A stretch of 48,803 bases of DNA from Clostridia bacterium (GTDB taxonomy: Bacteria; Bacillota; Clostridia; Christensenellales; Aristaeellaceae): positions 1 to 48,803 of the forward strand of contig JAFYBB010000271.1 in the NCBI GenBank assembly GCA_017540445.1, given 5' to 3'. The position numbers and the translations under genes were made by a program. Of this stretch, positions 8,724 through 16,892 are shown piece by piece; within the stretch, counting starts at the first letter, position 1, and each line of letters opens with the position of its first letter. The notes beneath the pieces were generated by a model. The model was not told the origin of the DNA. It saw only the letters and a list, made by a program, of their open reading frames with translations, and made no database searches.

Positions 8724-9911
8724 TCAGCCTCCCTGTAATACTTCCCGCGTCACCGCGGCGTCCGCTCGTATTTCAATGATCGCCGTCGCGCGCATCGCAT
8801 CGCCCTCGCGCGCGTAATTGACCCAGCGATCGGTCATTTCATAGTCGCGCCGCTCCCGCCGGCACAGCTTTTGCGCCGCGTCCGCGCAGGCCAGCGCCGC
8901 GAGGCGCGTCTTCAGCGCCGCGCGGTCGATCTCCTCGGAGGTTTCCCGCGTCTCCCGCCGCACCGTCCGGACGATCTCCAGCGGCACAAACAGCCCGCCG
9001 ATGGGCAGCCGGGTCGTCTCCACGGTCTGAAAATCGAAGGACGCGCCCTCGGTGAGCGGCAGGTCGATGTACGGGCCGCTCAGCCGCGCCTCGAAGGACG
9101 TCCGGCCCGTCTGCCGCCGGACGACGGCGGACAGGGGAAGGACCGCCTCGCCGGTGCACCACGCGCGCACCACGACCTCGCCCAGCGCCGCGATGGGGCG
9201 GGTCTCCTCCTTTGTGCGCTTCTCCTCGCCGCGGATCAGCAGCTGTCCCCGGCGCACAGCGTCGCCGGGCTTCACACACAGCTCCCCGGACTGGGCCACC
9301 GCGCGAACGACGATGCCGTCGCGATCGGACACCAGGTCCCGCGCGGCGTCCACGTCGTACACGGGCGGGGCGGGCACCTCCGGCACGGCCTCCACGTACA
9401 GGCATACGCCCCGAACGCGCACGCCGACGTAGCTGCAGTTGCCCAGCGCGCCCTGCAGGTACTGGGCGAGCTGGCCCGGATCGAAGCCGCCCTTCGGCAC
9501 GCCCGGCGTGATGCCCGCGCGGGAGAGCGCAGCCGACAGCGCGGCGGCGTCCCCGTATCCGGCGGCCTCTCCGGTGAATGCGGCCTCGATGCGCCACACG
9601 CGGGAGAGAAAGGCCGCGCAGAGCGCCAGGAACACCGCGAGCCCGATGAGCAGCGTGCGCCGACTTCGGACGAAGGCCGCCAGCGCGCTGCCGCCGCCGC
9701 GGCGGAGCATGCGCACCGGTATCGAGAAGCGCTCGCACAGCCCGAACACGACCCTCGCGCTGGCCGCGTCGCAGCGGATCACCAGGGACCGCGGGCCGCT
9801 GAGCCGAACCGCGCTCAGGCGCGCGCCCTGGGCCACTGCCCTATCGATCAGGCGCTTGGGCGTCAGGCAGTCCACCCGCAGCGTGCAATCACGGTTCATC
9901 CGGCGCTTCAC
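8724..9911 (-). CDS. yqfD: Sporulation protein YqfD
   Basis: About 395 aa with a single central TM helix (LLIGLAVFLALCAAFL). The position between yqfC and phoH matches conserved Firmicute synteny. The start is uncertain: GTG 9911 or ATG 9899. Confidence 0.8.
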   Translation of the reverse strand: MKRRMNRDCTLRVDCLTPKRLIDRAVAQGARLSAVRLSGPRSLVIRCDAASARVVFGLCERFSIPVRMLRRGGGSALAAFVRSRRTLLIGLAVFLALCAAFLSRVWRIEAAFTGEAAGYGDAAALSAALSRAGITPGVPKGGFDPGQLAQYLQGALGNCSYVGVRVRGVCLYVEAVPEVPAPPVYDVDAARDLVSDRDGIVVRAVAQSGELCVKPGDAVRRGQLLIRGEEKRTKEETRPIAALGEVVVRAWCTGEAVLPLSAVVRRQTGRTSFEARLSGPYIDLPLTEGASFDFQTVETTRLPIGGLFVPLEIVRTVRRETRETSEEIDRAALKTRLAALACADAAQKLCRRERRDYEMTDRWVNYAREGDAMRATAIIEIRADAAVTREVLQGG

Positions 9912-10203
9912 CCCCTTCGCAGGGCAGCTCGATGAGCCGGATGCCCCCGCGGATGATCAGCGCGCCGGGGCGCACGTCGTGAAGCGACAGCGCCGCACCG
10001 CTGACGCAGAGCGGGCCGGACCGGGTGTTCAGCCGTATGCGGCAGTCGGAAATGTCGGCGATGCCGGTGTGGTTCTCCACCAGCAGGCTGCCTGCGCCCA
10101 TGGCGGTGACCCGGGCGCACCTTCCCGTGGCGTCCCGCACCCACTCCAGCGCGGGCAGCCCGGCGCGCACGCGCCGGCGCTTCAACGGCGTATTCGTCTT
10201 CAT
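9889..10203 (-). CDS. yqfC: Sporulation protein YqfC
   Basis: 104 aa from MKTNTPL, with GGAGGG upstream. The pattern LLVENHTGIADISDCRIRLNT...LIIRGGIRLIEL matches the YqfC family pattern. It overlaps the yqfD start. Confidence 0.75.
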   Translation of the reverse strand: MKTNTPLKRRRVRAGLPALEWVRDATGRCARVTAMGAGSLLVENHTGIADISDCRIRLNTRSGPLCVSGAALSLHDVRPGALIIRGGIRLIELPCEGGEAPDEP

Positions 10204-10386
10204 GTCGATCCCTCCGCTCAGGAAATGGCCGCTGCCACTACCATATGCGGGCGGGTCGGTTTTCATCCGAATGAAGCTGTATAAAAAACACCTATCATAT
10301 TATACACGAAATGCCGCTGGAAATGCAAGCCAATTCGCAAAGTTTCGGCCCCGTGCGTGAAATATGCCGGCGCGGCGGAAATGGAT

Positions 10387-10416
10387 TTGACAACGCGCCG
10401 CGTCCGTTGATATACT
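10387..10416 (+). promoter_or_regulatory. Candidate sigma-A promoter for dus
   Basis: TTGACA-18 nt-TATACT, about 50 nt upstream of the GTG start. Confidence 0.5.
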
Positions 10417-10466
10417 ATGTAGCGTGAAAACCGGCGCACAGCGCCGGCATCGGAGGTATATGTTTC

Positions 10467-11441
10467 GTGAGCAACGCCATAAAGCTGCCCCTGTTGACCG
10501 GCGCGGGGCTCGCGCCGATGGCGGGCGTGACGGACGCGGCCATGCGCCTGCTCTGCCGTGAGCAGGGCGCGGCCTGGTCCGTCAGCGAGATGCTGTCGGC
10601 CAAGGGCTGGGTCTTCTCCGGCGGGCGGAACCTGAACGCGCAGGACCTATTAAAGCGCCTGCCGGGAGAGGGCGTCGTGGGCCTGCAGCTCTTCGGCAGC
10701 GAGCCGGAGTACATCGCCGAGGCCGCCCGCCAGCTGCAGGACCGCGGCTTTCAGTTCTTCGACCTGAACTTCGGCTGTCCTGCGCCGAAGATCACCGGCA
10801 ACGGCGAGGGCAGCGCGATGATGCGCACGCCCGGGAAGATCGGCGCGGTGGTGCGGGCGCTTTCGGACGCCACGCCGCTGCCGGTCACGGCCAAGATCCG
10901 CTCCGGCTGGGACCAGGACAGCGTGAACGCCGCGGAGGTGGCCAAAATCTGCGAGGCCAACGGCGCGCAGGCCGTCGCCGTGCACGCGCGGACGCGGGAC
11001 CAGCAGTATTCCGGCAGCGCCGACTGGCGCGTCATCGAGCAGGTCAAGCGGGCGGTAAAGGTGCCGGTGTTCGGCAACGGCGACATCCGCTGCGGCGCGG
11101 ACGCGGTGCGCATGATGGACCAGACCGGGTGCGACGCGGTGATCGTCGGGCGGGCGGCCCAGGGCAATCCGTGGATATTCCGGGAGATCGCCGCCGCGCT
11201 GCGGGGCGGGGAAGCGCCCCCCGTCACGGCCCGGGAGCGCGTGGACATGGCCGCGCGTCACTTTGAGCTGGAGGTCGAGCTTTTCGGCGAGAAGCTGGCG
11301 GTATTGCAGATGCGCAAGCACATCGCCTGGTATGTGCACGGCATGAAGGACGCCGCGCGCTTTCGCGTGCGCGTCAATCAAATGAACAGCGCCGACCAGG
11401 TCCTGGCGGCGCTGAGGGAATACGCGGAAGACAACCGGTAA
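10467..11441 (+). CDS. dusB: tRNA-dihydrouridine synthase (DusB-like)
   Basis: A TIM-barrel Dus pattern is present (LAPMAGVTD, DLNFGCP, AVHARTR, NGDI). A GTG start follows GGAGGT. Confidence 0.9.
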   Translation: MSNAIKLPLLTGAGLAPMAGVTDAAMRLLCREQGAAWSVSEMLSAKGWVFSGGRNLNAQDLLKRLPGEGVVGLQLFGSEPEYIAEAARQLQDRGFQFFDLNFGCPAPKITGNGEGSAMMRTPGKIGAVVRALSDATPLPVTAKIRSGWDQDSVNAAEVAKICEANGAQAVAVHARTRDQQYSGSADWRVIEQVKRAVKVPVFGNGDIRCGADAVRMMDQTGCDAVIVGRAAQGNPWIFREIAAALRGGEAPPVTARERVDMAARHFELEVELFGEKLAVLQMRKHIAWYVHGMKDAARFRVRVNQMNSADQVLAALREYAEDNR

Positions 11442-11454
11442 GGCTCCTGAATCA

Positions 11455-12342
11455 TCATTCGGCCGGGCTCTCCAGGGTCTTCTTGGGGATGTAGCCCGAG
11501 AAGGCGGTCTCGTCCTCGCCGGACTCCAGATGGATGCCCCCGCCGTAGCGCTTCAGTATCTCTTCGACGATGGCCAGCCCGGAGCCGTGGCCGTCGCTCT
11601 TGGTGGTAAAGCCCATCTGAAATATGCTGCGCTGCAGCTGCTGCGGTATGGCCGGCCCGTTGTTCGCCACGCGGAAGCTGTAGGTGCCCGGCGTCTCGTC
11701 GATGGAGAGCACGATGCGCCTGCCGGGCTTCGCGGCGTCCTCCTCCAGGGCGTCCCGGGCGTTGTCGATCAGGTTGCCCAGCACCCGGCACATCTCCCAG
11801 CCCGGCACCGGCAGCGCCTGCCAGCCCGATGCGATGTTGAGCTCCAGCGATATGCCGCGCTCCTCGCAGTCCTGGCGCTTGGCGGCGATCAGCGCGTTCA
11901 CCGACGGCAGCGCGGTCTTCAGCACGCTGCCGGTCTTTTTGATGTCGCCGTACACGCTCTCCACGTACTTCATGGCCTCGGCCGAATCGTTCAGCTCCAG
12001 CAGCGAAAACACCACCTGCAAATGGTTCATGAAGTCGTGCCGCTGGCGGCGCAGCGTGCCGTTCAGCGCCTCCAGCTGGCCGTAGGCCTCCTCCAGCATC
12101 TGCGCCTGGTCGGCGATCTTCCCGGCGTTCAGCGCCTCGCGGATGTCCAGCACCGCGCCCCAGGAGACGATCAGCATCGCCGCGCCTATGGCGCTGATCT
12201 CCACAAGCCTTCCCTGCACGGGGCCGCGGAAGAGGGCGTAGAGAAACACCGTCACCATGGCGGCGATCTGCATCGCGTTGATGATCACGGCAAAGCGCGC
12301 GGCTTTTCTGACGTTCAGTTTTGTCGGGGCGGATCGATTCAT
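11455..12342 (-). CDS. Small membrane-anchored sensor histidine kinase (Spo0B/DcuS-type H-box plus GHKL ATPase), no adjacent response regulator
   Basis: Two N-terminal TM helices are joined by a very short loop. The H-box is QRHDFMNHLQVV, the N-box is GNLIDNARDA and the G-box is GHGSGLAIV. Confidence 0.75.
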   Translation of the reverse strand: MNRSAPTKLNVRKAARFAVIINAMQIAAMVTVFLYALFRGPVQGRLVEISAIGAAMLIVSWGAVLDIREALNAGKIADQAQMLEEAYGQLEALNGTLRRQRHDFMNHLQVVFSLLELNDSAEAMKYVESVYGDIKKTGSVLKTALPSVNALIAAKRQDCEERGISLELNIASGWQALPVPGWEMCRVLGNLIDNARDALEEDAAKPGRRIVLSIDETPGTYSFRVANNGPAIPQQLQRSIFQMGFTTKSDGHGSGLAIVEEILKRYGGGIHLESGEDETAFSGYIPKKTLESPAE

Positions 12343-12359
12343 GCGCTTTCACATATGGA

Positions 12360-12392
12360 ATATCGGCGTCAATACGCGATCGACGCCGATAT
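12360..12392 (-). terminator. Hairpin downstream of mscL (possible terminator, no T-tract)
   Basis: An 11-bp stem ATATCGGCGTC/GACGCCGATAT with an 11-nt loop. Confidence 0.3.
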
Positions 12393-12421
12393 CGGAATGC
12401 TCGTGGCTCTGACGCCGGCGA

Positions 12422-12805
12422 TTACTTCAGCTCAGAGGTGCAGTGCGGACAACGGGTCGCGTCATCGGCGATCTCACTCTTGCAGAAGGGGCACAGGCGC
12501 GGCTTCTTGGCGGGCGCTTCGGGCTTCTTCATCTTGTTGATGGCCTTCACGACGGCGAACAGGCACACCGCGACGATCAGGAAATTGACGACCGCGTTGA
12601 TGAAATTGCCGAGCTGGATCGGGCCGAGCGTGATGGCGGAGAAATCGGGCTGTCCGAAGATGGCGCCGATGATCGGCGTGATCAAATCCTCCACGACGCT
12701 GGTGACGATCGCGCCGAACGCGCCGCCGATGACGACGCCGATGGCCAGATCGACGACATTGCCCTTCATCGCGAATTCCTTGAATTCCTTAATCAGCTTA
12801 CCCAT
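12422..12805 (-). CDS. mscL: Large-conductance mechanosensitive channel MscL with C-terminal CxxC...CxxC zinc-ribbon extension
   Basis: The start was moved to [31 protein letters not shown], the MscL signature, with RBS GGGAGG. The C-terminus reads [23 protein letters not shown]. Confidence 0.9.
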   Translation of the reverse strand: MGKLIKEFKEFAMKGNVVDLAIGVVIGGAFGAIVTSVVEDLITPIIGAIFGQPDFSAITLGPIQLGNFINAVVNFLIVAVCLFAVVKAINKMKKPEAPAKKPRLCPFCKSEIADDATRCPHCTSELK

Positions 12806-12853
12806 GAGTTGATGCCTCCCTTGTCCAAGTCGTAATCGTATTACCACGCTGCT

Positions 12854-12882
12854 ATTATAGCACAAACCAGGAAAAAAACAAT
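12854..12882 (-). promoter_or_regulatory. Candidate extended -10 promoter for mscL
   Basis: The minus strand reads ATTGTT-17 nt-(TGc)TATAAT, about 45 nt upstream of the mscL start. Confidence 0.4.
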
Positions 12883-12960
12883 ACGTTTCGCGTCAAAAAC
12901 CAAAAAAATGAGAAAAAAGCTGCTTGCCGCTTGCCGTACCCGGCCAAGGCACAACCGCTT

Positions 12961-12992
12961 AAAAAAGGATGGGGCTGTTGCGACAGCCCCAT
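12961..12992 (-). terminator. Rho-independent terminator (minus strand)
   Basis: The minus strand reads ATGGGGCTGT-cgca-ACAGCCCCAT-CC-TTTTTT. Confidence 0.65.
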
Positions 12993-13006
12993 TTGAGTTA
13001 GAAGGT

Positions 13007-13142
13007 AGGAGTGAGGAGTGAGGAGCGGCGGGGCAAATCCCTGACGGGATTTGTTTGATTCAATGGCAGAACGCCGGGCAATCTGTGAGAGGTGCCGGGT
13101 ATCGGGGCAGCAAGGCAATTGTGCTCCTCACTCCTCACTCCT
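13007..13142. repeat. 20-bp perfect inverted repeat built from GGAGTGA heptads, with a 96-nt spacer
   Basis: The left arm AGGAGTGAGGAGTGAGGAGC (13007-13026) is the exact reverse complement of the right arm GCTCCTCACTCCTCACTCCT (13123-13142). Further degenerate heptads follow to about 13170. Confidence 0.85.
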
Positions 13143-13192
13143 AACTCCTCACTCCCCCACACTCCCCATGCGTGTGTTCAAACCACAGAAGT

Positions 13193-13238
13193 CCACAAAA
13201 GCCCGAAAGGGGCTGTTGCATTGCTGTGCAACAGCCCC
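13193..13238 (-). terminator. Rho-independent terminator after the BMP ABC operon (minus strand)
   Basis: The minus strand reads GGGGCTGTTGCA-cagcaa-TGCAACAGCCCC followed by TTTCGGGCTTTTGT. Confidence 0.65.
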
Positions 13239-13262
13239 ATCCGGGGTATGCGCGCATTCAGG

Positions 13263-14210
13263 CTATTTGCTCTTGATGTAGGGCTTGCCGTTGGCGGAGG
13301 GCACGTGCGACTTGCCGACGAACAGCACCAGCACGATGACCGTGACCACGTAGGGAATCATCGAGATCAGCTGCATGTCGATGGCGGAGGAGCCGCCCAG
13401 TACCACCTTCAGGCCCGAGCAGAAGCCGAACAGCAGGCAGCCCAGCAGCGCGCCCTGGGGGCGGAACTTGCCGAAGATGACCGCCGCGATGGCGATGAAG
13501 CCGTGGCCCACGATGGAGATCGGCCTGAACTGGGTGGAGATGGTCATCGTGACGCAGGCGCCGCCAAGGCCGGCCAGGAAGCCCGACAGGCTGACGCAGG
13601 CAAAGCGCATCCGAATCACGTCGATGCCCAGCGTCTCGCAGGCCTGGGGATGCTCGCCGCAGGCCCTCAGGCGCAGGCCGAAGCGGGTCTTGTAGAACAC
13701 GAACCACACGATGATCGCCGCGATGAACACCAGATAGGTGGAGGCGTAAGTGGCGAACACGTTGTCCATGAAGCGGCCGAAGGTGGTCGTGGTGTCGAAC
13801 AGGCCGGAGAACAGCTTCGGGATGGTCTGCACGCCCTGCTTCAGCGCCGGGGTGTCGGTGCTGTTGAACAGCACCTTGGCGATCATGATCACGATGCCGG
13901 GGCCCAGCATGTTGATGGCGGTACCGGCGATCGTCTGGTCCGCGCCGAGGCGGACGGTGGCGAAGGCGTGCAGCATGCCGAAGAACGCGCCCGCTAGGCC
14001 GCCGCAGAGGAAGCCGATCCAGGGGTTGCCGGTGAAGTAGGCGACGACCGTGCCGGTAAAGGCGCCGGCGGTCATCATGCCCTCGATGCCGATGTTGACC
14101 ACGCCCGAGACCTCGGAGAAGCAGCTGCCAAGCCCGGCATAGAGCAGAGGCGTCATGTACACCAGCGTCGCGTACAGTATGATGCCGAGGCTGTTGATAA
14201 AGGCTGTCAT
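13263..14210 (-). CDS. ABC transporter permease (BMP/nucleoside-type, YufQ/NupQ-like)
   Basis: 315 aa polytopic membrane protein. An ATGA start/stop overlap joins it to the upstream permease. It is the last gene of the operon. Confidence 0.85.
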   Translation of the reverse strand: MTAFINSLGIILYATLVYMTPLLYAGLGSCFSEVSGVVNIGIEGMMTAGAFTGTVVAYFTGNPWIGFLCGGLAGAFFGMLHAFATVRLGADQTIAGTAINMLGPGIVIMIAKVLFNSTDTPALKQGVQTIPKLFSGLFDTTTTFGRFMDNVFATYASTYLVFIAAIIVWFVFYKTRFGLRLRACGEHPQACETLGIDVIRMRFACVSLSGFLAGLGGACVTMTISTQFRPISIVGHGFIAIAAVIFGKFRPQGALLGCLLFGFCSGLKVVLGGSSAIDMQLISMIPYVVTVIVLVLFVGKSHVPSANGKPYIKSK

Positions 14211-15322
14211 TTGGAAACCGCCTCCTTCCTGTTGCCTGACGGAACGGCCGCGGGCTTCTTCTTCAGGTACTTCAGATTCCGGAAGATGACCGAAATGGCG
14301 ATGAAGAACACCACGGTGCCCACGATGACGCTGATCAGCTGGGTCGGCGCGCCCACCAGGTTCAGCTTGCTGCCGCCGTAGATCAGCGCGCCGTAGAACA
14401 CGCCCGCCACGAACACGCCGAAGGGATTCGAGCAGCCCATCAGCGCGACCACGATGCCGGCGAAGCCGAAGGCCTCCTGAGAGGTGAATATGCTGATGCG
14501 GCTGCCCATGCCCATCAGCTGCAGGGCGCCGGCCAGGCCCGCCAGCGCGCCGGAGATGGCCAGCGCGCTGAGGATCGAGCGGTTGACGTTGATGCCGGCG
14601 TATTCCGCGGCGAAACGGTTGGAGCCGACGGCCTTCAGGCTGTAGCCCATCGTGGTCTTCTCAATGATGAACCAGACCAGCAGCATCGCGAATATGGCGA
14701 CCAGTATGCCCCAGTTGGCGGTGGGGCAGAGGCCCAGGCGCTTGATGAGGTCCTTCGGGAACAGCATGCTGGCGTTGTCGGCGATGTTCTTCGTGGCCTC
14801 GGCGGAGCCGTCGCTGTGGATGGCCGGGCGGCCGGCGATGAAGTTGGACAGGTAGAACGCGATCCAGTTGAACATGATCATGCTCAGGACCTCGTTGATG
14901 CCCCACTTGGTCTTCAGTATGCCCACGATCATGCCCCACAGCGCGCCGGCGCACATGGCGACCACGAAGCACAGCGGGATCAGCAGGGGCTTGGGAACGC
15001 CGGGCAGCAGTATGCCCACCACCGCCGCGGCCATCGAGCCCACGACGAACTGGCCCTCGGCGCCGATGTTGAACACGCCCGTCTTGAACGAGAAGGCGAC
15101 GGACAGGCCCGTCATGATGTAGGGCACCGAATAGACGATCACGTAGGAGAAGCCCTTGAGGCTGGTCACGCTGTTCAGCAGCCGGCCGTAGGCGTCGCCG
15201 ACGGAAAGGCCCATGACCAGCAGGAATATCGCGCCCACCAGGAAGCCCAATATGATCGACAGGAGGATGTGGATGAACGTGTTCTCCGATACAAAATCAA
15301 GGAAGCTCTTCTTGCGCGTCAT
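14207..15322 (-). CDS. ABC transporter permease (BMP/nucleoside-type, YufP/NupP-like)
   Basis: 371 aa polytopic membrane protein. An ATGA overlap joins it to the ATPase gene. Confidence 0.85.
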   Translation of the reverse strand: MTRKKSFLDFVSENTFIHILLSIILGFLVGAIFLLVMGLSVGDAYGRLLNSVTSLKGFSYVIVYSVPYIMTGLSVAFSFKTGVFNIGAEGQFVVGSMAAAVVGILLPGVPKPLLIPLCFVVAMCAGALWGMIVGILKTKWGINEVLSMIMFNWIAFYLSNFIAGRPAIHSDGSAEATKNIADNASMLFPKDLIKRLGLCPTANWGILVAIFAMLLVWFIIEKTTMGYSLKAVGSNRFAAEYAGINVNRSILSALAISGALAGLAGALQLMGMGSRISIFTSQEAFGFAGIVVALMGCSNPFGVFVAGVFYGALIYGGSKLNLVGAPTQLISVIVGTVVFFIAISVIFRNLKYLKKKPAAVPSGNRKEAVSK

Positions 15323-16836
15323 GCGTGCTCACCTCCCGCCATCATCAGTCCAAGGTCGTTCTCGTTGGCGTCCTTGCCCGGTATCGAGCAGACGATCTTC
15401 CCATCGAATATGACGTCGATGACGTCGGAGAGGCTCATGATCTCGTCCAGCTCGAAGGAGACCAGCAGCACCGCCTTGCCCTTGTTGCGCTGGTCCACGA
15501 TGTACTTGTGCACGTACTCGATGGCGCCGACGTCCAGGCCGCGGGTGGGGTTCACGGCGATCAGCAGGTCCTTGTCGTTCTGCACCTCGCGGGCGATGAT
15601 GACCTTCTGCTGGTTGCCGCCGGACAGCGTGCCCGCCGGGCGCTTCTCGCTGTTCTGCGGGCGGATGTCGTAGTCGTTGATGGAGCGGGTGGCGTGCTCG
15701 AATATCGGGCCGCGCTTCAGTATGCCGCTCTCCGAGAAGGGCTTGGAGCCGTAGTTCTGAAGGATCAGGTTGTCCTCAATGGAGAAGTCCAGCACCAGGC
15801 CGTGCTTCTGGCGGTCCGCCGGTATGCTGGAGACGCCGTGGGTGAAGCCGAAGTAGGGGGACTTGTTGAACACGTCCACGCCCTTCACGGTGGCGCTGCC
15901 CTTCGTGCCCTTGCGCAGGCCGGTCAGTATCTCCACCAGCTCGGTCTGGCCGTTGCCGTCGATGCCGGCGATGCCGACGATCTCGCCCGCGTGCACCTGC
16001 AGGTTCAGGCCCTTGAGGATCTCGACGCCGCGGTAGTCCACGCCGTGCAAATCCTTCACGTCCAGCACCACCGGGCCGGGCGCCTGCTCGGGCTTGTCCA
16101 CCTTGAAGGCGACCTTGCGGCCCACCATCAGGCTGGCCAGCTCCTGCTCGTCCACATCGTCCACGTCCACGGTCTGGATGTACTTGCCCAGGCGTATGAT
16201 CGTGCAGAAGTCGGCGGATTCCTTGATCTCCTTCAGCTTGTGGGTGATCAGTATGATGCTCTTGCCGTCCCGGGTCAGGTTGTGCATGATCTCGATCAGC
16301 TCGACGATCTCCTGGGGCGTCAGCGACGAGGTGGGCTCGTCCAGTATCAGTATGTCCGCGCCGCGATACAGCGCCTTCAGAATCTCCACGCGCTGCTGCA
16401 TGCCGACGGAGATGTCCTCGATCTTCGCGTCCGGGTCGATGGACAGGCCGTAGCGCTCCGAGATCTCCACCACGTTCTGGCGGGCCTTGACCATGTCCAG
16501 CTTGACACCCTTCAGCGGCTCGGTGCCCAGCACGATGTTCTCGGTGACGGTGAAGGGCTGCACCAGCATGAAGTGCTGGTGCACCATGCCGATGCCGGCC
16601 TCGATGGCGTCCTTCGGGTTGTTCATCACGATCTTCTTGCCGTTGACCAGTATGTCGCCCGAGGTGGGCTTCAGCAGGCCGTACAGCTGGTTCATCAGCG
16701 TGGATTTTCCCGCGCCGTTCTCGCCGAGGATCGCGTGAATCTCGCCCTTGTGGACGGTGAGGTTGATACCGTCATTGGCCACGAAATCGCCGAACTTCTT
16801 CACGATGTTGCGCATCTCAATGACGGGCTTTGTCAT
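15319..16836 (-). CDS. ABC transporter ATP-binding protein with two fused ABC domains (YufO/NupO-like)
   Basis: First domain: GENGAGKSTL, LSVGMQQRVEI-type signature and ILILDEPT. Second domain: GIDGNGQ, LSGGNQQK and a D-loop. ATG 16836 (MTKPVIEMRNI) is preferred. The alternative is the TTG at 16857 given in the track. Confidence 0.9.
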   Translation of the reverse strand: MTKPVIEMRNIVKKFGDFVANDGINLTVHKGEIHAILGENGAGKSTLMNQLYGLLKPTSGDILVNGKKIVMNNPKDAIEAGIGMVHQHFMLVQPFTVTENIVLGTEPLKGVKLDMVKARQNVVEISERYGLSIDPDAKIEDISVGMQQRVEILKALYRGADILILDEPTSSLTPQEIVELIEIMHNLTRDGKSIILITHKLKEIKESADFCTIIRLGKYIQTVDVDDVDEQELASLMVGRKVAFKVDKPEQAPGPVVLDVKDLHGVDYRGVEILKGLNLQVHAGEIVGIAGIDGNGQTELVEILTGLRKGTKGSATVKGVDVFNKSPYFGFTHGVSSIPADRQKHGLVLDFSIEDNLILQNYGSKPFSESGILKRGPIFEHATRSINDYDIRPQNSEKRPAGTLSGGNQQKVIIAREVQNDKDLLIAVNPTRGLDVGAIEYVHKYIVDQRNKGKAVLLVSFELDEIMSLSDVIDVIFDGKIVCSIPGKDANENDLGLMMAGGEHA

Positions 16837-16892
16837 GTCCACGTGTTCCTTTGACAATATGACCGCCCCCTATCTGAATCAGTTTGTCGTTG

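Noticed and set aside
13007-13170. Heptad repeats considered as a CRISPR array or coding tandem repeat
   Set aside because: The repeat unit is only 7 nt with no spacers, and the arms form one inverted repeat. No cas genes are present.
12855-13281. Small ORFs (87 aa minus strand; 76 aa plus strand) and the start of the 301-aa ORF inside the mscL/ABC intergenic repeat region
   Set aside because: They have no RBS. Their sequences are dictated by the heptad repeats and hairpins (for example SSLLTPHSSLLTP). The 301-aa ORF is antisense to a permease.
15325-16854. 509-aa plus-strand ORF
   Set aside because: It is an exact antisense shadow of the tandem-ABC ATPase gene, and its composition is repetitive (L/V/A/D/G/H). 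No motif was recognised.
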